From the human T2T-CHM13v2.0 reference genome, Homo sapiens: 64,000 bases of DNA. The notes beneath the pieces are model-generated. The model searched no databases, was not told the origin of the DNA, and saw nothing but the letters and a program-made list of their open reading frames with translations. This document shows, piece after piece, positions 30,110-46,198 of this stretch. The stretch lies in the NCBI RefSeq assembly GCF_009914755.1, contig NC_060947.1; one strand, given 5' to 3'. The position numbers and the translations under genes were made by a program. Each line of letters starts with the position of its first letter. The first letter of the stretch is position 1.

Positions 30110-33100
30110 CCCCACCCCACATATAGTAGACACTAAATAAATATTTGCTAGATTGCCTGGAAGAAAAGACTGGAGGGGATGCTGGGATAAAGGGGGGCTT
30201 CTGAGATGCAGAAGGGGAAGGGATGGATCTTTCACTGAATTCAGCAGGTGCTCAATAAATGTTTTCTGGACAAAGAAAAAATGGAAAACATTGAATTTGT
30301 GATTATGGAAAGGGGAAGGGACTTGTCAGTATTCCATAGATAATAAATGCTTGATGGAAAGAAGGAAGCAGACGCAAAGGACCTGCATGGAGGGCTGGAG
30401 TGGAGACCGGAAGTCTAAAGGAGGGTGATTACCTATATCCAGCAGAGGCCTCATTGATGTTTGCTGACTTCAATGGAGCAAACTTAACCAGGAAGATAAC
30501 ACGTTGGTGAGTGGACGTTGGTGAAGGAATTACAGCACGTGCTCCATAAATGCTTTACAGATTGATAGAGAAAAAAGCGGAGAAGCCTGCTGCAGGGATG
30601 ATAATGTGGCTGTTTGAAAATAATACAGTAAGAGATTAATAAGTGTTTTCTGGACTAATTCGGGGAGAAAAAGGCAGCTGGGGAGATGGCTACTAAGTGG
30701 AGGAAGAGGCCTAGCTAGAATAAATGGAAAACAGTGCACATTGTGAGCTTTCAGGATTGTGTTGTGTAAAAGGCAGGATGGAGATTGTTGAAGGGGGAAT
30801 TGGGACTACAAAAAGGGGAGAAGAGGCATTTAACGCAGGGTTCTCAGTAGTATACGATAAATGCTCATTAAATGATTGTGGGGTTGCATGGAGGAAAAGG
30901 TATAGCAAGGCCAGCTGGCAGGTGAGGATTTCAAGCACACCTGCATTTAGAAAAAAAAGAAGGAAGGGGAGCTGAAGAAGGGTTATTCCTAGTATATAAT
31001 GGTGCATAATAAATGCCTCCCACACTTTCATGGAAAGGATGCAATAAATATCTGCAGAATGAATAAATTGCTCTGAATGGAGAGAAAGGCTACTCGGTAA
31101 AGGCTCCTGGGGGAGAGGTAATCTAACCAGTAAACAGCTGGTACTCAATACATTTAGGCTGAAGTAGACCCCTAGAGAGAGAGCTCTTGAGGCAGGGTCA
31201 GGGATTTCCAGAGACTTGGAAAGAGGAAGTTGAAAGTGACTTATACAGTAAGTGCTCAATAAGTGTTTACTTAAATAGTAAAACTATTAAGTAAATAGTA
31301 AATTTAGTAAATTTACTAAATTTATTTAGTAAATTAAGTCAATAGTAAAACTATTAAGTAAAAGTGTTTACTTAAGTAAGTGTTACTTAAATAGACTAAA
31401 AGCCCTTTGGGGGTATGAATTAAAGTTGGTAGAGGGAATCCTAGGGGTACTGAAGGGAGTGGGAAAGGGGTGATCATTATAAACTCAGCTCTGGATTTAT
31501 CACAGGAAAGGACCTTGGGAGAGGCCTTGTGATTGGAACAGGCTCTCCTAGGGGTAAGGAAGAAGAATGTACTCCCCAAAACAACAGGTCCTGCATATGT
31601 GCTCACTGGATCTACTGTTAAGAAAACAATTCTGGGGAGGAGGTGTGAATATACAGAACACACAGAAGACACTCCATAAATGCTCAGGGGAGCCATTGGA
31701 AGAAAAGGTCTTTGGGGGAGGATGATTAAAATGGAGCACATGACAGACAAGGAATAAATGCTCACTGGATCCATTAGAAGAAAAGGCCTTTGGGGAGTGG
31801 GGCTGGGGATGGACATATAGTCACCTGATCAAGGCTCACTGCATCCCTGAAGGAAAAGTCCTATGGGGAGGGGAAATGGGAGTGCAGAAAGTTGATCTAT
31901 GGGAGCTCGATTCTTCATCCATAGGAGAAAAGGCTTTTGTGAAGAAGGCACACAATCAGGTACACAGCAGGTGCTCCATAAATACTCCAAGGAGTGATTA
32001 AAAGAAAAGGTCTTTGGAAAGAGTGACTGGAATGGTACACACAGCAAGTGCCAGATATCTGAGCACTGTATTAACTGGAGGCACAGGCCTTTATGGAGAG
32101 GTCTAAGGTTGGGTCATGCAGAAAGTGCTCAATACATGCAGACTGAAGCCACTGGAGGAAAGGGTATTGCAGAAAGGGTTTGAGGGTGGGGTATACAGCA
32201 GGCACCAGTCAATGCATGCTTGCTGAATACACTGGAGGAAAGAACTTTTAGAGAAGGCTCACACTGCAGGCAGTTGATAAATGCTAGATGGATCCACCAA
32301 AGGAAAGGTCTTTGAAGAAGTAGCTGGAGAACGGGGGATACAAGAGGCACTCAATAAATGTTTTCTAGATCCACTGTAGGGAAAGGTCTTTGAGGAGACG
32401 GTCTGAAGATGAGTCACACAAAGAAGGTTCAAAACTGCTCATGGAACTCACTGGAGGAAAATGATTTGTTTGAGAAGGGGTTTGGGGGTGCGGCACGTAT
32501 CAGGCACTTAACAAATGCTTCCTAGATCCTTTGGAGAAAAGGCCCTCAGAGAGAGGGCTTGGAGTTGGGGCACAGAGAAGGCATCCAATCAAAACTCACA
32601 GGATCCATGAAAGGCAAAGCTTTTGGAGAGAAGCTGGGGTGGGATACACAGCAGGTACTCAATGTTTACTAAATAGTTTAAAAGGGCTTTAAGGACGGAG
32701 CTGGGGTGGGACACATAGCATAGACTGGACACATGCTCACAAGACCCATTAGAGAAGGCCTCAGGGCAAGGGTTGAGGAGAACAGGACAGTATCAGGCTC
32801 TCAAAGAATGCTCACAAACCTCATTGAAATCAAAGGCCTTGGGGAAGGGCTCTTGGATGAGGCATACTGCAGGTACTAGATAAGTGCTCACAAGATCCAT
32901 TAGAGGACAAGGCCTATGGGGCAAGGGTTGGGGAGGGTAGGAAGGACACGTTCGGTTTTCGAAGGCTCATAGGATATATTGAAGCCAAAGACTTTTGGGG
33001 GAGGGGTAGTAGGGAACAGGTACGCAGCAGGTGCCTGATAATTGCTCCCTGGATCCATCAAGGTTTAAGGGGCGGAGGGGGGCGACAAGGGCGGGGCACA

Positions 33101-33200
33101 GAGGAAGCATCCAGCTTAATAATTTAAAGGAAAAAGATTTAGGTGAGAGGGCCAGGTGTCAGGCACACAAGCGGCGCTCGATAATTGCTCATTCGCAGAA
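30110..33200. repeat. Degenerate tandem array (about 76-bp period from 31580, longer and looser to the left) in SYN1 intron 1
   Basis: Unit approx. acacagcaggtgctcaataaatgctcactggatccactggaggaaaggcctttggggaggggttggggtggg; (g/a)gatcc anchors at 32290, 32367, 32524, 32601, 32893, 33051. Confidence 0.8.
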
Positions 33201-33250
33201 GAACGATCTGGGGACCCAGGCCCACGGGAGACGTCCGCGGCAGTGGCTTA

Positions 33251-33652
<402 letters not shown>

Positions 33653-33908
33653 CTAGGGGTGGTCTGGCCAGGAGCCGCGGGGGCGGACTGCGCGGTGCCC
33701 AGGAGCACAGCTGCGCTCTCAGGCACGACACGACTCCTCCGCTGCCCACCGCAGACTGAGGCAGCGCTGAGTCGCCGGCGCCGCAGCGCAGATGGTCGCG
33801 CCCGTGCCCCCCTATCTCGCGCCTCGCGTGGTGCGGTCCGGCTGGGCCGGCGGCGGCGCGGACGCGACCAAGGTGGCCGGGAAGGGGAGTTTGCGGGGGA
33901 CCGGCGAG

Positions 33909-33916
33909 TGACGTCA
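33909..33916. promoter_or_regulatory. CRE palindrome
   Basis: TGACGTCA in the SYN1 promoter. Confidence 0.85.
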
Positions 33917-33958
33917 GCGCGCCTTCAGTGCTGAGGCGGCGGTGGCGCGCGCCGCCAG

Positions 33959-33967
33959 GCGGGGGCG
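33959..33967 (+). promoter_or_regulatory. EGR1/Zif268 site
   Basis: GCGGGGGCG next to the RE1. Confidence 0.8.
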
Positions 33968-33969
33968 AA

Positions 33970-33990
33970 GGCACTGTCCGCGGTGCTGAA
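33970..33990 (-). promoter_or_regulatory. RE1/NRSE (REST binding site)
   Basis: TTCAGCACCGCGGACAGTGCC. Confidence 0.96.
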
Positions 33991-35039
33991 GCTGGCAGTG
34001 CGCACGCGCCTCGCCGCATCCTGTTTCCCCTCCCCCTCTCTGATAGGGGATGCGCAATTTGGGGAATGGGGGTTGGGTGCTTGTCCAGTGGGTCGGGGTC
34101 GGTCGTCAGGTAGGCACCCCCACCCCGCCTCATCCTGGTCCTAAAACCCACTTGCACTCATACGCAGGGCCCTCTGCAGATACTCGGTTTGTAGTGTTGA
34201 TATTCAACTCAGAAGGCATTTTTTGGGGGGAGGGGGGCACTGGAAGCACACTCAGAGACACGAAAGTAGAGAAATAACCCCCTCACAGAGGGGGGTGAGG
34301 TCACACGCAGTGCCCGCGGGGAGATTAGTCTCCCACATCCACACAGGCTCAGCTAGGCAGAGAGCGGGGGCGTCACAGACAGCATCAGACAAGCGGAGGT
34401 GGACACTTGGGTGGTGTACACACCCTTGCCCAAGGTGGCAAGGGGGGCCTGGAGGCACACAAGAAATGACACACATATAAACACACACAAAAGTGAGGAA
34501 ACATACGAGGGCATGTACAGACAGAACACACGCCAATCTAGGTATACATACAGACATACAAGTCCAGAGTAACACACATGGGCATGTTACATACATGCAT
34601 GCATACACCCATACCCCCACACACACAGGTAACACACTGACACACAGAGACCCAGGGAAACTCATATGAGCATACACTTGCAGACAAAACACATTCCCAC
34701 CGATGATCATGGAGAAACCTAGATCTGCAACACAGACATTCTCTGCAGCCCTAGCCCTGGTGCGTGTCCACCCCCACACCAGAACACACTTGGTATATAC
34801 GCCACCATCCCTTTGCTCTGGACACCGCCAAAACTCACGATAACTACCTGATGTCATCAGTGCCCATGGCTGTCTCCCCCTGCACCCAAGAACTTTCCAC
34901 AGAGGCAGGCCCATCCCATGGTGCACACACAGTAGGTACCAAATAATGTTTGCATATGAGCAAATGAGGTAGTCCAAGCAGAGGTGGGATATGGGAACCT
35001 GTCAAATCTTTATGATTCTGACTACAATAAAAGCACTAA

Positions 35040-35600
35040 TTCATAATCATTTGTTCACTGATTGTACCCAACTCTTAACTAAGCTGTTTACATGCATCAT
35101 TTCATCCAACCCTCACAACAATCCAGTGGGGTGGATAATATAATGTCTATTTTACAGATGAGGGAATACAAGAACTCCAGTTAATTCCCAAAGGGTCATG
35201 TTCACTTTATGATCAACACATTTTTTTAAGAATGTGCCAGGAAGAGGAAACATCCAGTGCCAATGTGGCTGGAACAAGCTGAAGGGGGTTGTGGTAGCAG
35301 GGGCCAGATTGGGTAGGACCTTGACCATAGTGAGCAGTGATGGTGGACTAGGAGAGGTGGCAGAAGATAGGCAAGAAGTAAGTAGATATGGAGTCTCTTT
35401 TGCCTGCAGAATTTTCAGGTGACTCATCCACTTATTCATTTGTTCATCCTTTATTCATTAAATCATTGGCTGGTTTAAACAAGGCAGTAATAGTGTGGGG
35501 TCTGGAGACACAGTGCCTGGGTTCAAGTGGGGCCTCCACCATACACTTGGGAAAGTGACTTAATCTTTCTGAGATTTGGTTTCCTCATCTGTAAAAAGGA
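35040..35600. mobile_element. MIR and L2 fragments
   Basis: attttacagatgagggaa; ccaggaagaggaaacatccagtgc; ggtttcctcatctgtaaaa. Confidence 0.6.
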
Positions 35601-37499
35601 TACATCTCTAACCCACCTCTAAGGAGAGGGGTAGGAAGGGGGCAACCTCTGTACCTTTGCATGTGTTGTAACTTCTGCCAGGAATGTCCTCTCCTTCTCT
35701 CTCGAGGGCTGCCTTTGGCCACTGTCTGCAGGAACCCCTCACCCCCAGGTCTCAGATTCTATCCCCTCCTCCCCTAGGCTTCCACAGTACCCAAGTCAAA
35801 CACTTCCCAAACCATCCTCTACTCCCTCCTCCAACCCAGCCAGCTTCAGTCCCACCTCCAGGCCTTTGATTTGGCCACTCTTTTCTCCTCCCTTCAGGAT
35901 TCCTTCTCTGGCATTCCAAATCCTAGTGTTACCCAGATGGGGATCTCCCCGCAAATCAGATATTTTCCAATGTCTTGAAGTATGTGCTCCCTGGTTTTTT
36001 GCCCAGTAACGGAAGCAAACAAGCTGTGCAGGGCGCGGTGCCCTCTTTGGGGACAGGAACAGCTGCAGGTCTACAGATCTTTCTGACTCCTTTAGGTCTG
36101 AATTCAGGTTCCTCGGGAATCTATCTCCAGGCTGCGCCTCTTCCTGGGGTCCCCATTCCTAGGTTCCTAGTACTTGTGGCCCCAGCACCATTTCATTTTT
36201 CCACGTGGCTCAATTTCCAGAAATTAATTTTTTGTAGATTGTTTTGTAGAGGAATGAGGATTCACCTCAGGAGTGCCTCAATTCACTAAGGCAAAGGTTA
36301 GGCTCCCCCAAACTGTCTCCATCTTGTTCAGCAGGAATAGGCGTACAAAAGGGGCCCCAATAATGATTTTGCTGTACATTGGTGAGCAACGACTCTCAAA
36401 CACACACCCCTGACATATGTTCACATTCAGTATTGTACCCATGTTTGTGACTCACACATACATGTCCATGGCACCTTAATGTGTATGTGCACACACGGGA
36501 CTCCTGCATTGTTATGGCATACATACATTTGTAACCTCACACACATGCCACATATCAATACATCCTTAATTCTTGCACAGGCCCAAAGGTCTGCATCTCT
36601 CTCTCACACACACACAGCTGAATTCCCACTTTCTTGTAAACGTATACCTCTCTCATACCCTGTAGTAGCAACCAGAACCCCTCACTTTGGCTCAGTCTTC
36701 CCAAGATGACCAAGTAAGTACTCATCAACTTCATCTTCACTTCAACTCATTGACTGGTCCACTTGAATAAGGGGAAAACGAACCAGAGAAGTCAAGTAAG
36801 TGTACCAATATACTCTGGGTGTGCATGTCACAAACCTCCTACCCGAACCTTCCCACACAGACGGGTCCCCTCCACCCACAGCACTCTTGACATTTAAGAC
36901 CTCATCACAATCCATGATGCTTCAAAAATGTCCAGCCTACTACCTTTCTGTGCGTGTTTCCTTTGTAAAATGGGGATAATAATACTTACCCACATGGGTT
37001 TGCTGTGGACGAAATGAGTTCATGCTATGGAAAGCCTTAAGACACTACTAAGCACACAGTAAGTACTTTCTAAGTAGTAGCTATTACCATGATTATTATG
37101 ATTCTTATGATGCGTCTCTTCACAAGGGGCCCGGCATTCAGTAAGTGGTAAATGAATGAGCAAATGCTAAAAGCACTGGTGTCTGGCTTTGTTCCCTTTA
37201 CTGCGGAGACACGTAACGCTCTGATTCCTCTTCTTCTCTATTCTCCGTGATGTCCAGCACTATTGTTAGTATACAGTAGGCGTTAAGTGTTGAATAGATG
37301 TTCACACGAAAGGAATACCTTCTGAGTCTGTTCCCTCACTCAGATGTCCTCTTTCTACCAGCCCTCCTCCACCCTAGATGCTCAGACTCAGCTTTAGCAT
37401 ACAGCAGGCGCTAATAAGTGTTGAATGAATGAACAAATTACCAGAGGAAAGTGTCTGGATTTGTCTTGGGGGCTCCTCCGGGCGGATACTGACTCTAGC

Positions 37500-37950
37500 T
37501 TCTTTGCCCCTCCTCAGCTCAGAGCGCAACACAGGCACTTCCTCGGCCCGCCCCCCGCCTCGCCGAGCTATTTGTCGCTGGTAATTGTGGCATTGGAGCT
37601 GGGCTGTCGGGAGTGGGTGGGTGCAGGTGCTCGGGCGGCAGGGTGCCAGCCTCGGCCACGCCTCTGCCGTTCATCCTCGACTGACGCGGAGTCGGAGTCG
37701 GCCGGCAGAGGCTCCTCCAGGGTTCCGGCTGGTGGGAATCTAGGGAGGTCCAGGAGACGGGGAGACAACGAACAAGCACGCCGGCCAATCAAGAAGTGCC
37801 TGCCAGGACAAGTAGCCAATCAGGAAACCCGTAACGCGGAGCTCTGCAGAGGAACGTGCCGGGCGGCCCTGAGGCTCTAAGGGGGCTGCGCAGGGCCCAG
37901 ACATTGGGGTTATGGCAGCGGCGGGGAGAGGCTGGGACTGCACACTCGCT
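37500..37950. promoter_or_regulatory. CpG-rich promoter-like element with twin CCAAT boxes
   Basis: GCCAATCA with CCAAT at 37785 and 37816; GC box and ETS-like cacttcct near 37535-37556. Confidence 0.55.
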
Positions 37951-38125
37951 TTCACTCCTGCCAACCTGCGACCACAGTGGAAAATACTGTTTTCCGCAAC
38001 AGGCTGCTGTGTCTTGGCCCGTGCTGTGCTGTTTGCCCTATGAGATGCTATCACCCTACTTTTGGGGAAGGGGATAGGTTGTTTTTCCTCCTTTAAGGAA
38101 TCGTAGACGAACTCGAAGAGGCTAG

Positions 38126-38131
38126 TTTATT
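38126..38131 (-). terminator. CFP: CFP polyadenylation signal
   Basis: AATAAA 43 nt after the stop codon. Confidence 0.88.
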
Positions 38132-38174
38132 GAGGTTTGGAAGGTCAGGGGGCTCAGAGTGGAGGAGAGAAGTG

Positions 38175-38840
<666 letters not shown>

Positions 38841-39956
38841 TGGCATGAGCTACTTTCTTTTACCTCCGAAATATATACCCTTTATATCTCTTTCCACTGC
38901 CTCCAGGAAAAAACCCAATGCCTTGTCCTGACATTCAAGGCCTTATTGTTGGGCCCAAATCCCTGCCCCAAGCCAATCTCTCTCTCTGTCTCCTCCACTT
39001 TATTCAAGCTCAGTCCCTGTCCAGAAAGGTCTTTACCTGGGTTATTTGTCCCACTAGGAAAGCCCTCCATTCACTCCCATCCCAGTTCTCTCAATTGCTT
39101 CTTCCTCCACTCAGTCTCTCGCTCACTCAAGTCCTTTGTGCCTCCATTCAACACCTCTAATCTTCAGGCCCCACTCTAACCCCCTCAGCCGGGAGATCCC
39201 TTCCCAGATGGCAGCCCTTCCACGAGCTGGGAATAGTTCACTTAATCTAGTAGCTTGATGTATGTGGAAGGAAGAAAAGGGATGAACATTTTAACCCTCT
39301 CTAACACCTGGGCCCCTCTGGCACCTGGAAACACTTATAGCGGCTAATCACCTAGCTCCAAGGCTCCGTTCACAGTCTTGATGCCAGGAATGCCTTTCCC
39401 AACCCCTACCTGCCCTGGGAGGCCCAGTCAGCTTCCTGGACCTAGGTTGAGGTGGCAGCACCTGTTGCATGCACCAGCTGTTCCTCATATGCCTCCTGTC
39501 AGGGGCTTGCTCAGCTGGGTCCCTTGGAGGATCCACAGGATCTGGGCTGTGTGTATCTGCAACTGTTGCTGAAAAAGCCTTGGAGTGCCTTGGCTCAGTG
39601 AGATGCTGACAAAGTGGATGGAGGCATGAGTGACTGTGGGAGGCAGGCAGTGAATGGAGGCCTGAGTGATGGCAGCTAAAAGCATGGGTAACTGAAGGTC
39701 GGAGTCAATGACACATGAAGGACTAAGTGGATGAGTGACTGAACAAGTGACTGAGGGGCACAGAGGCTACGAATTATCCTCCAAGAACTTCTTTCTCATC
39801 TTCTTAGTTTCTCCCCACTTCCTGCAGCTGGGAGGTGGCACTCGGCAAGGCAGATACCTTAGATTCAGCAGTGGAAACCCTGGTTTCCTGGGGTAGCCGA
39901 CTCTCCCGCCTGTAATATAATGACCCCCTCCCAGGCATACTTTGCCCTCTCACTCA

Positions 39957-40088
<132 letters not shown>

Positions 40089-40227
40089 TCACAGAGTCAG
40101 AACTGGAGGTCTTGGTGGGAAAGTGAGAGGGAGGCTGCAGAGACGTGAGGTCCACAGCAGAGAGTTGGAAACCCCTTATCCTGCATGGGCCACCCCACCC
40201 TCAGAGCACAGTCTGTGGGACACTCAC

Positions 40228-40419
40228 AGGGGCAGTGCTGGATGCTGTAGCAGTGCCGGATATCCTGCTGTTGCCCGGCACATCGATGTCCGTCAAACTT
40301 GCGGCCCCTGCAGGTCCTCCCGCGTGACTGCTGGCCCGGGATTTCTTGACAGCTGATGGACTTCATGTTCCGTCGGATACAGGGGCTCCACTCCCCCCAC
40401 GAGTCCCACTCCCCATCCA
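40228..40419 (-). CDS. CFP: Properdin coding exon 7 (192 nt, TSR)
   Basis: [36 protein letters not shown]...HCP; AG/GT. Confidence 0.96.
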
Positions 40420-40672
40420 CTGCAGAGACAGGGCAACAGGGGATTGGACCAAAGCAGGGAATCAGCAAGGGGGTTCAGAGGAAGGAATGAGGGCGGTAGG
40501 AGGGAGTAGAGGTGATCAGATGTGTGAATGGGGGACCAGGGGTGGAAACAAGGTATCAGGGCCAGGAAAGGAGGAATCAGAGACAGGAACAAGGCCTCAG
40601 CAGCAGGAGCTGGGCAGCAGAGAAGGGCAAGGGGGACTTAGGCATGCAAATCGTGAACCCTGAGATGCTGAC

Positions 40673-40846
40673 CAGGGCAGGGCACAGCTGTGTTGCAGAT
40701 GTGGGTCCGGGTGGCATCGCCAGCACAGAAGGGGCCCCCATGCTGGGGCACAGGGTGATTGCACGTCCGTTGTTCCATGGTCTGGCCCAGGCCACAGGTC
40801 ACAGGGCAGGGGCTCACAGGGCCCCAAGGCCCCCAGCCCCCAGCCA
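40673..40846 (-). CDS. CFP: Properdin coding exon 6 (174 nt, TSR)
   Basis: [21 protein letters not shown]...AVPCP; AG/GT. Confidence 0.96.
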
Positions 40847-41029
40847 CTGTTGGAGGAGGAAAGGGAGTGAGGAGAAAGGCCTCCTCAATCCTTCCTCTCA
40901 GCCCCTAGACCCTTGAAGCAGACTGTCCCCAAATGAAGGGCTGCATGGTCACATGGCCTAGGAACTCTAGAAATGGCAGAGCATCTCTGCCCTCAATCAA
41001 GAGCCCCACCAGCAACATCAGCAGCCTCA

Positions 41030-41269
<240 letters not shown>

Positions 41270-41365
41270 TCATGCATGCTAAAGTCCTCTCAGCCTGGCA
41301 GTTCCCTGCTGTAACCCCGCAGACCCACGCTGGGTGCACCCATCAGCATCCTGTGGCTTCCCTCA

Positions 41366-41764
<399 letters not shown>

Positions 41765-41900
41765 TCAGATCACGTTCCTCCTCTGCCCACAGTCCAAATT
41801 ACTCAGATGAAAAGCCAACGTCCTCTCTGTGGCCCCCAGGCAATGGACCCTCCTCACCTCTCTGACCTCACCTCCCACCACTCTCCTCCTTAGGTCCTTA

Positions 41901-42215
<315 letters not shown>

Positions 42216-42339
42216 CTAACAAGAATGGCATGTGGGACTCCAGAGTGTGGGCAGACACGAAGGGTTGCTAGGCAAGTGCGTGTGCGATGGATTGATAAGT
42301 CCTTACCTTTTAGGGATATTGGGATACTGATGGGAAGCA

Positions 42340-43074
42340 GTGGATATACAATAAGTGCTTGATAATGTCATTTACCTTCACAATCAGGCATCTGGAGTTA
42401 CCATTGGAAGGCTGGCATGGCCAACACCAGGTCCGCAGTAAGCAAAGGTAAGGACTAGAAACCAAGGGCTGCTGTCAGAAACCCACCAGATCACCACACT
42501 ACACGGTAGTAGGTAAATAGAAAGTGCTTAATAAACCTGAGCCATCATCCCTATGACCTCAGAGGCCTCCTCAGAAATAACCCCAGATCTATCCCCAACC
42601 CACTGCATAGCCCTAGGTATGCTGTTCATGCCAAATAGATGTGATGAACTGTTGACATGACTTGGGGCCCAGAGCTGCCCTCAAAAATCCCCAAGCTCCC
42701 CATGCCCACGGTGTATCTGGGATATATAGTAAACAAGTAGAAAACAGGTCTGGCATACGGTAAGGGCTCAATCCATGCAAGCTGGAAATCATGATCAGGA
42801 GACTAGAGCTACCCTCAGAAATCCTCAAGCTCATCTCCCAACCCTGCCATGCAGCTGGTATACAGGGAGTGCTCAATGAATGTGAAGTGTCATCATAATT
42901 AGGGGCCTAGAGCTGCCCTTTGAATTCCCCAAACTTTCCCGCCCCCACAGTGTGTCCATATACAGTAAGCACTCAATAAACATGAGCTGTCATCAAAATT
43001 AGGGAAATACCAAGCTGCACCCCACCTGCAATGCTTCCAGTGTGCAGGAGGTGCTCAATATGTGTGAGCTATGT
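42340..43074. repeat. Degenerate ~100-bp tandem array with L2-tail motif in a CFP intron
   Basis: Recurring tacagtaagtgctcaataaa...gtcatca...agagctgccctc...ccccaagct. Confidence 0.65.
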
Positions 43075-43295
43075 CAGTGGTTCTCAATCAGGGGTGATTT
43101 TGACCCCCAGGGGACATTTGGCAATGTCTGCTGACATGTTTGGTTGTCACAGCTGGTGGGGAGAATTGCTACTGGCATCTAGTGGAAGGCTAGGGGTGTT
43201 ACAAAACATCCCACAATACACAGGTAAGCAATCCCCTCCCCCAGCCAAGAATTTCCAGCCCCAAATGTCAATAGTAACAAGGTTGAGAAACCCTG
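43075..43295 (+). mobile_element. MER20 hAT-Charlie MITE
   Basis: cagtggttctcaatcaggggtgattttg...ggacatttggcaatgtctg...gttgagaaaccctg. Confidence 0.88.
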
Positions 43296-43312
43296 AGGTA
43301 TGGTCACGATCA

Positions 43313-43790
<478 letters not shown>

Positions 43791-43810
43791 TTATCTGGGT
43801 TGATAGGCTC

Positions 43811-43931
43811 CTGGAATCAGCAGGGAAAGAGGAACCTAGAGGCAGGAGGAACTGGGAGGGCATCCTGCTTTGACCCCACCCTGTCCCCTCTGCCTCCTTC
43901 TCTACTCTCCCCTCCCCATTTCCTGTCTTAC
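43811..43931 (-). other. CFP: Candidate CFP 5'UTR intron
   Basis: Donor-like GA|GTAAGA at 43931 and acceptor tttccctgctgattccag at 43811; the pairing is inferred. Confidence 0.4.
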
Positions 43932-44599
43932 TCTTGGTCTTGTTCTGTTTGTTACTATATCCCCAGCACCTCGCGCTCCTCCCAGCAACCTCACAGTGTT
44001 CAATAGAAGCTCCTAGGACAAATTCTCACCCAGAGGAAATGGAGCATAGGAGCGTGCAGCAACTTCCTAGCCGTGTGACCTTGGGTGAGTCACTTAACAC
44101 CCCTGAGCCTCAGTTTCCCTATGTGGAAAATGCATAATCTCTAACATAATGACGGGGTCAACCTCGTGGGGGTGTTGAACCAGGGTGAAGTGAGTGTGCG
44201 GTGCTCAGTATGTTCCTGCTCGTGGGGGTGGAGGGAGCATCGAGTCAGTTGCTCCACCTTCCACCCTCCCTTAACCTCGGCCCTCCTTTCCTGAGAGGTT
44301 CCCTGTGGTCAGCTTGTGGTCGGGGAGGTCAGCACAAGGGAAGTGAGAAAGGGAAGTGGCAGGAGCCTGGGGAGGGATTCAGGAGGGGAATGGGGTCTAT
44401 CCATTGTTCCATGGGCCCAGCTGGGGACAACACCAGGGTCTGGGGTGATTAGGAGGGAATAAGCTGGGCCATATTCCATCAGAGAACCCTCAGGCAGATA
44501 ACACCCCCCTTCTGGAGCCTGTTTCCCCTCTGTAAAATGTGCTCACAGACAGCACCTACAACATAGGTAGGGTGTGTTGCAAAGATTGCGAGTTAAGCT

Positions 44600-46198
<1,599 letters not shown>

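Larger units (their letters stand above)
33711..34158 (-). promoter_or_regulatory. SYN1: SYN1 neuronal promoter / CpG island (448-bp hSyn fragment)
   Basis: Runs AGTGCAAGTGGGTTTTAGG...GAGAGCGCAG on the minus strand, as in the vector promoter; CpG-dense and TATA-less. Confidence 0.95.

Noticed and set aside
31580-33100. CRISPR-like repeat-spacer appearance
   Set aside because: Eukaryotic intron; the whole unit is degenerate, spacers are mutually related, and there are no cas genes
34252-34977. 241-aa Cys/Val-rich ORF
   Set aside because: Product of TG/CA low-complexity sequence
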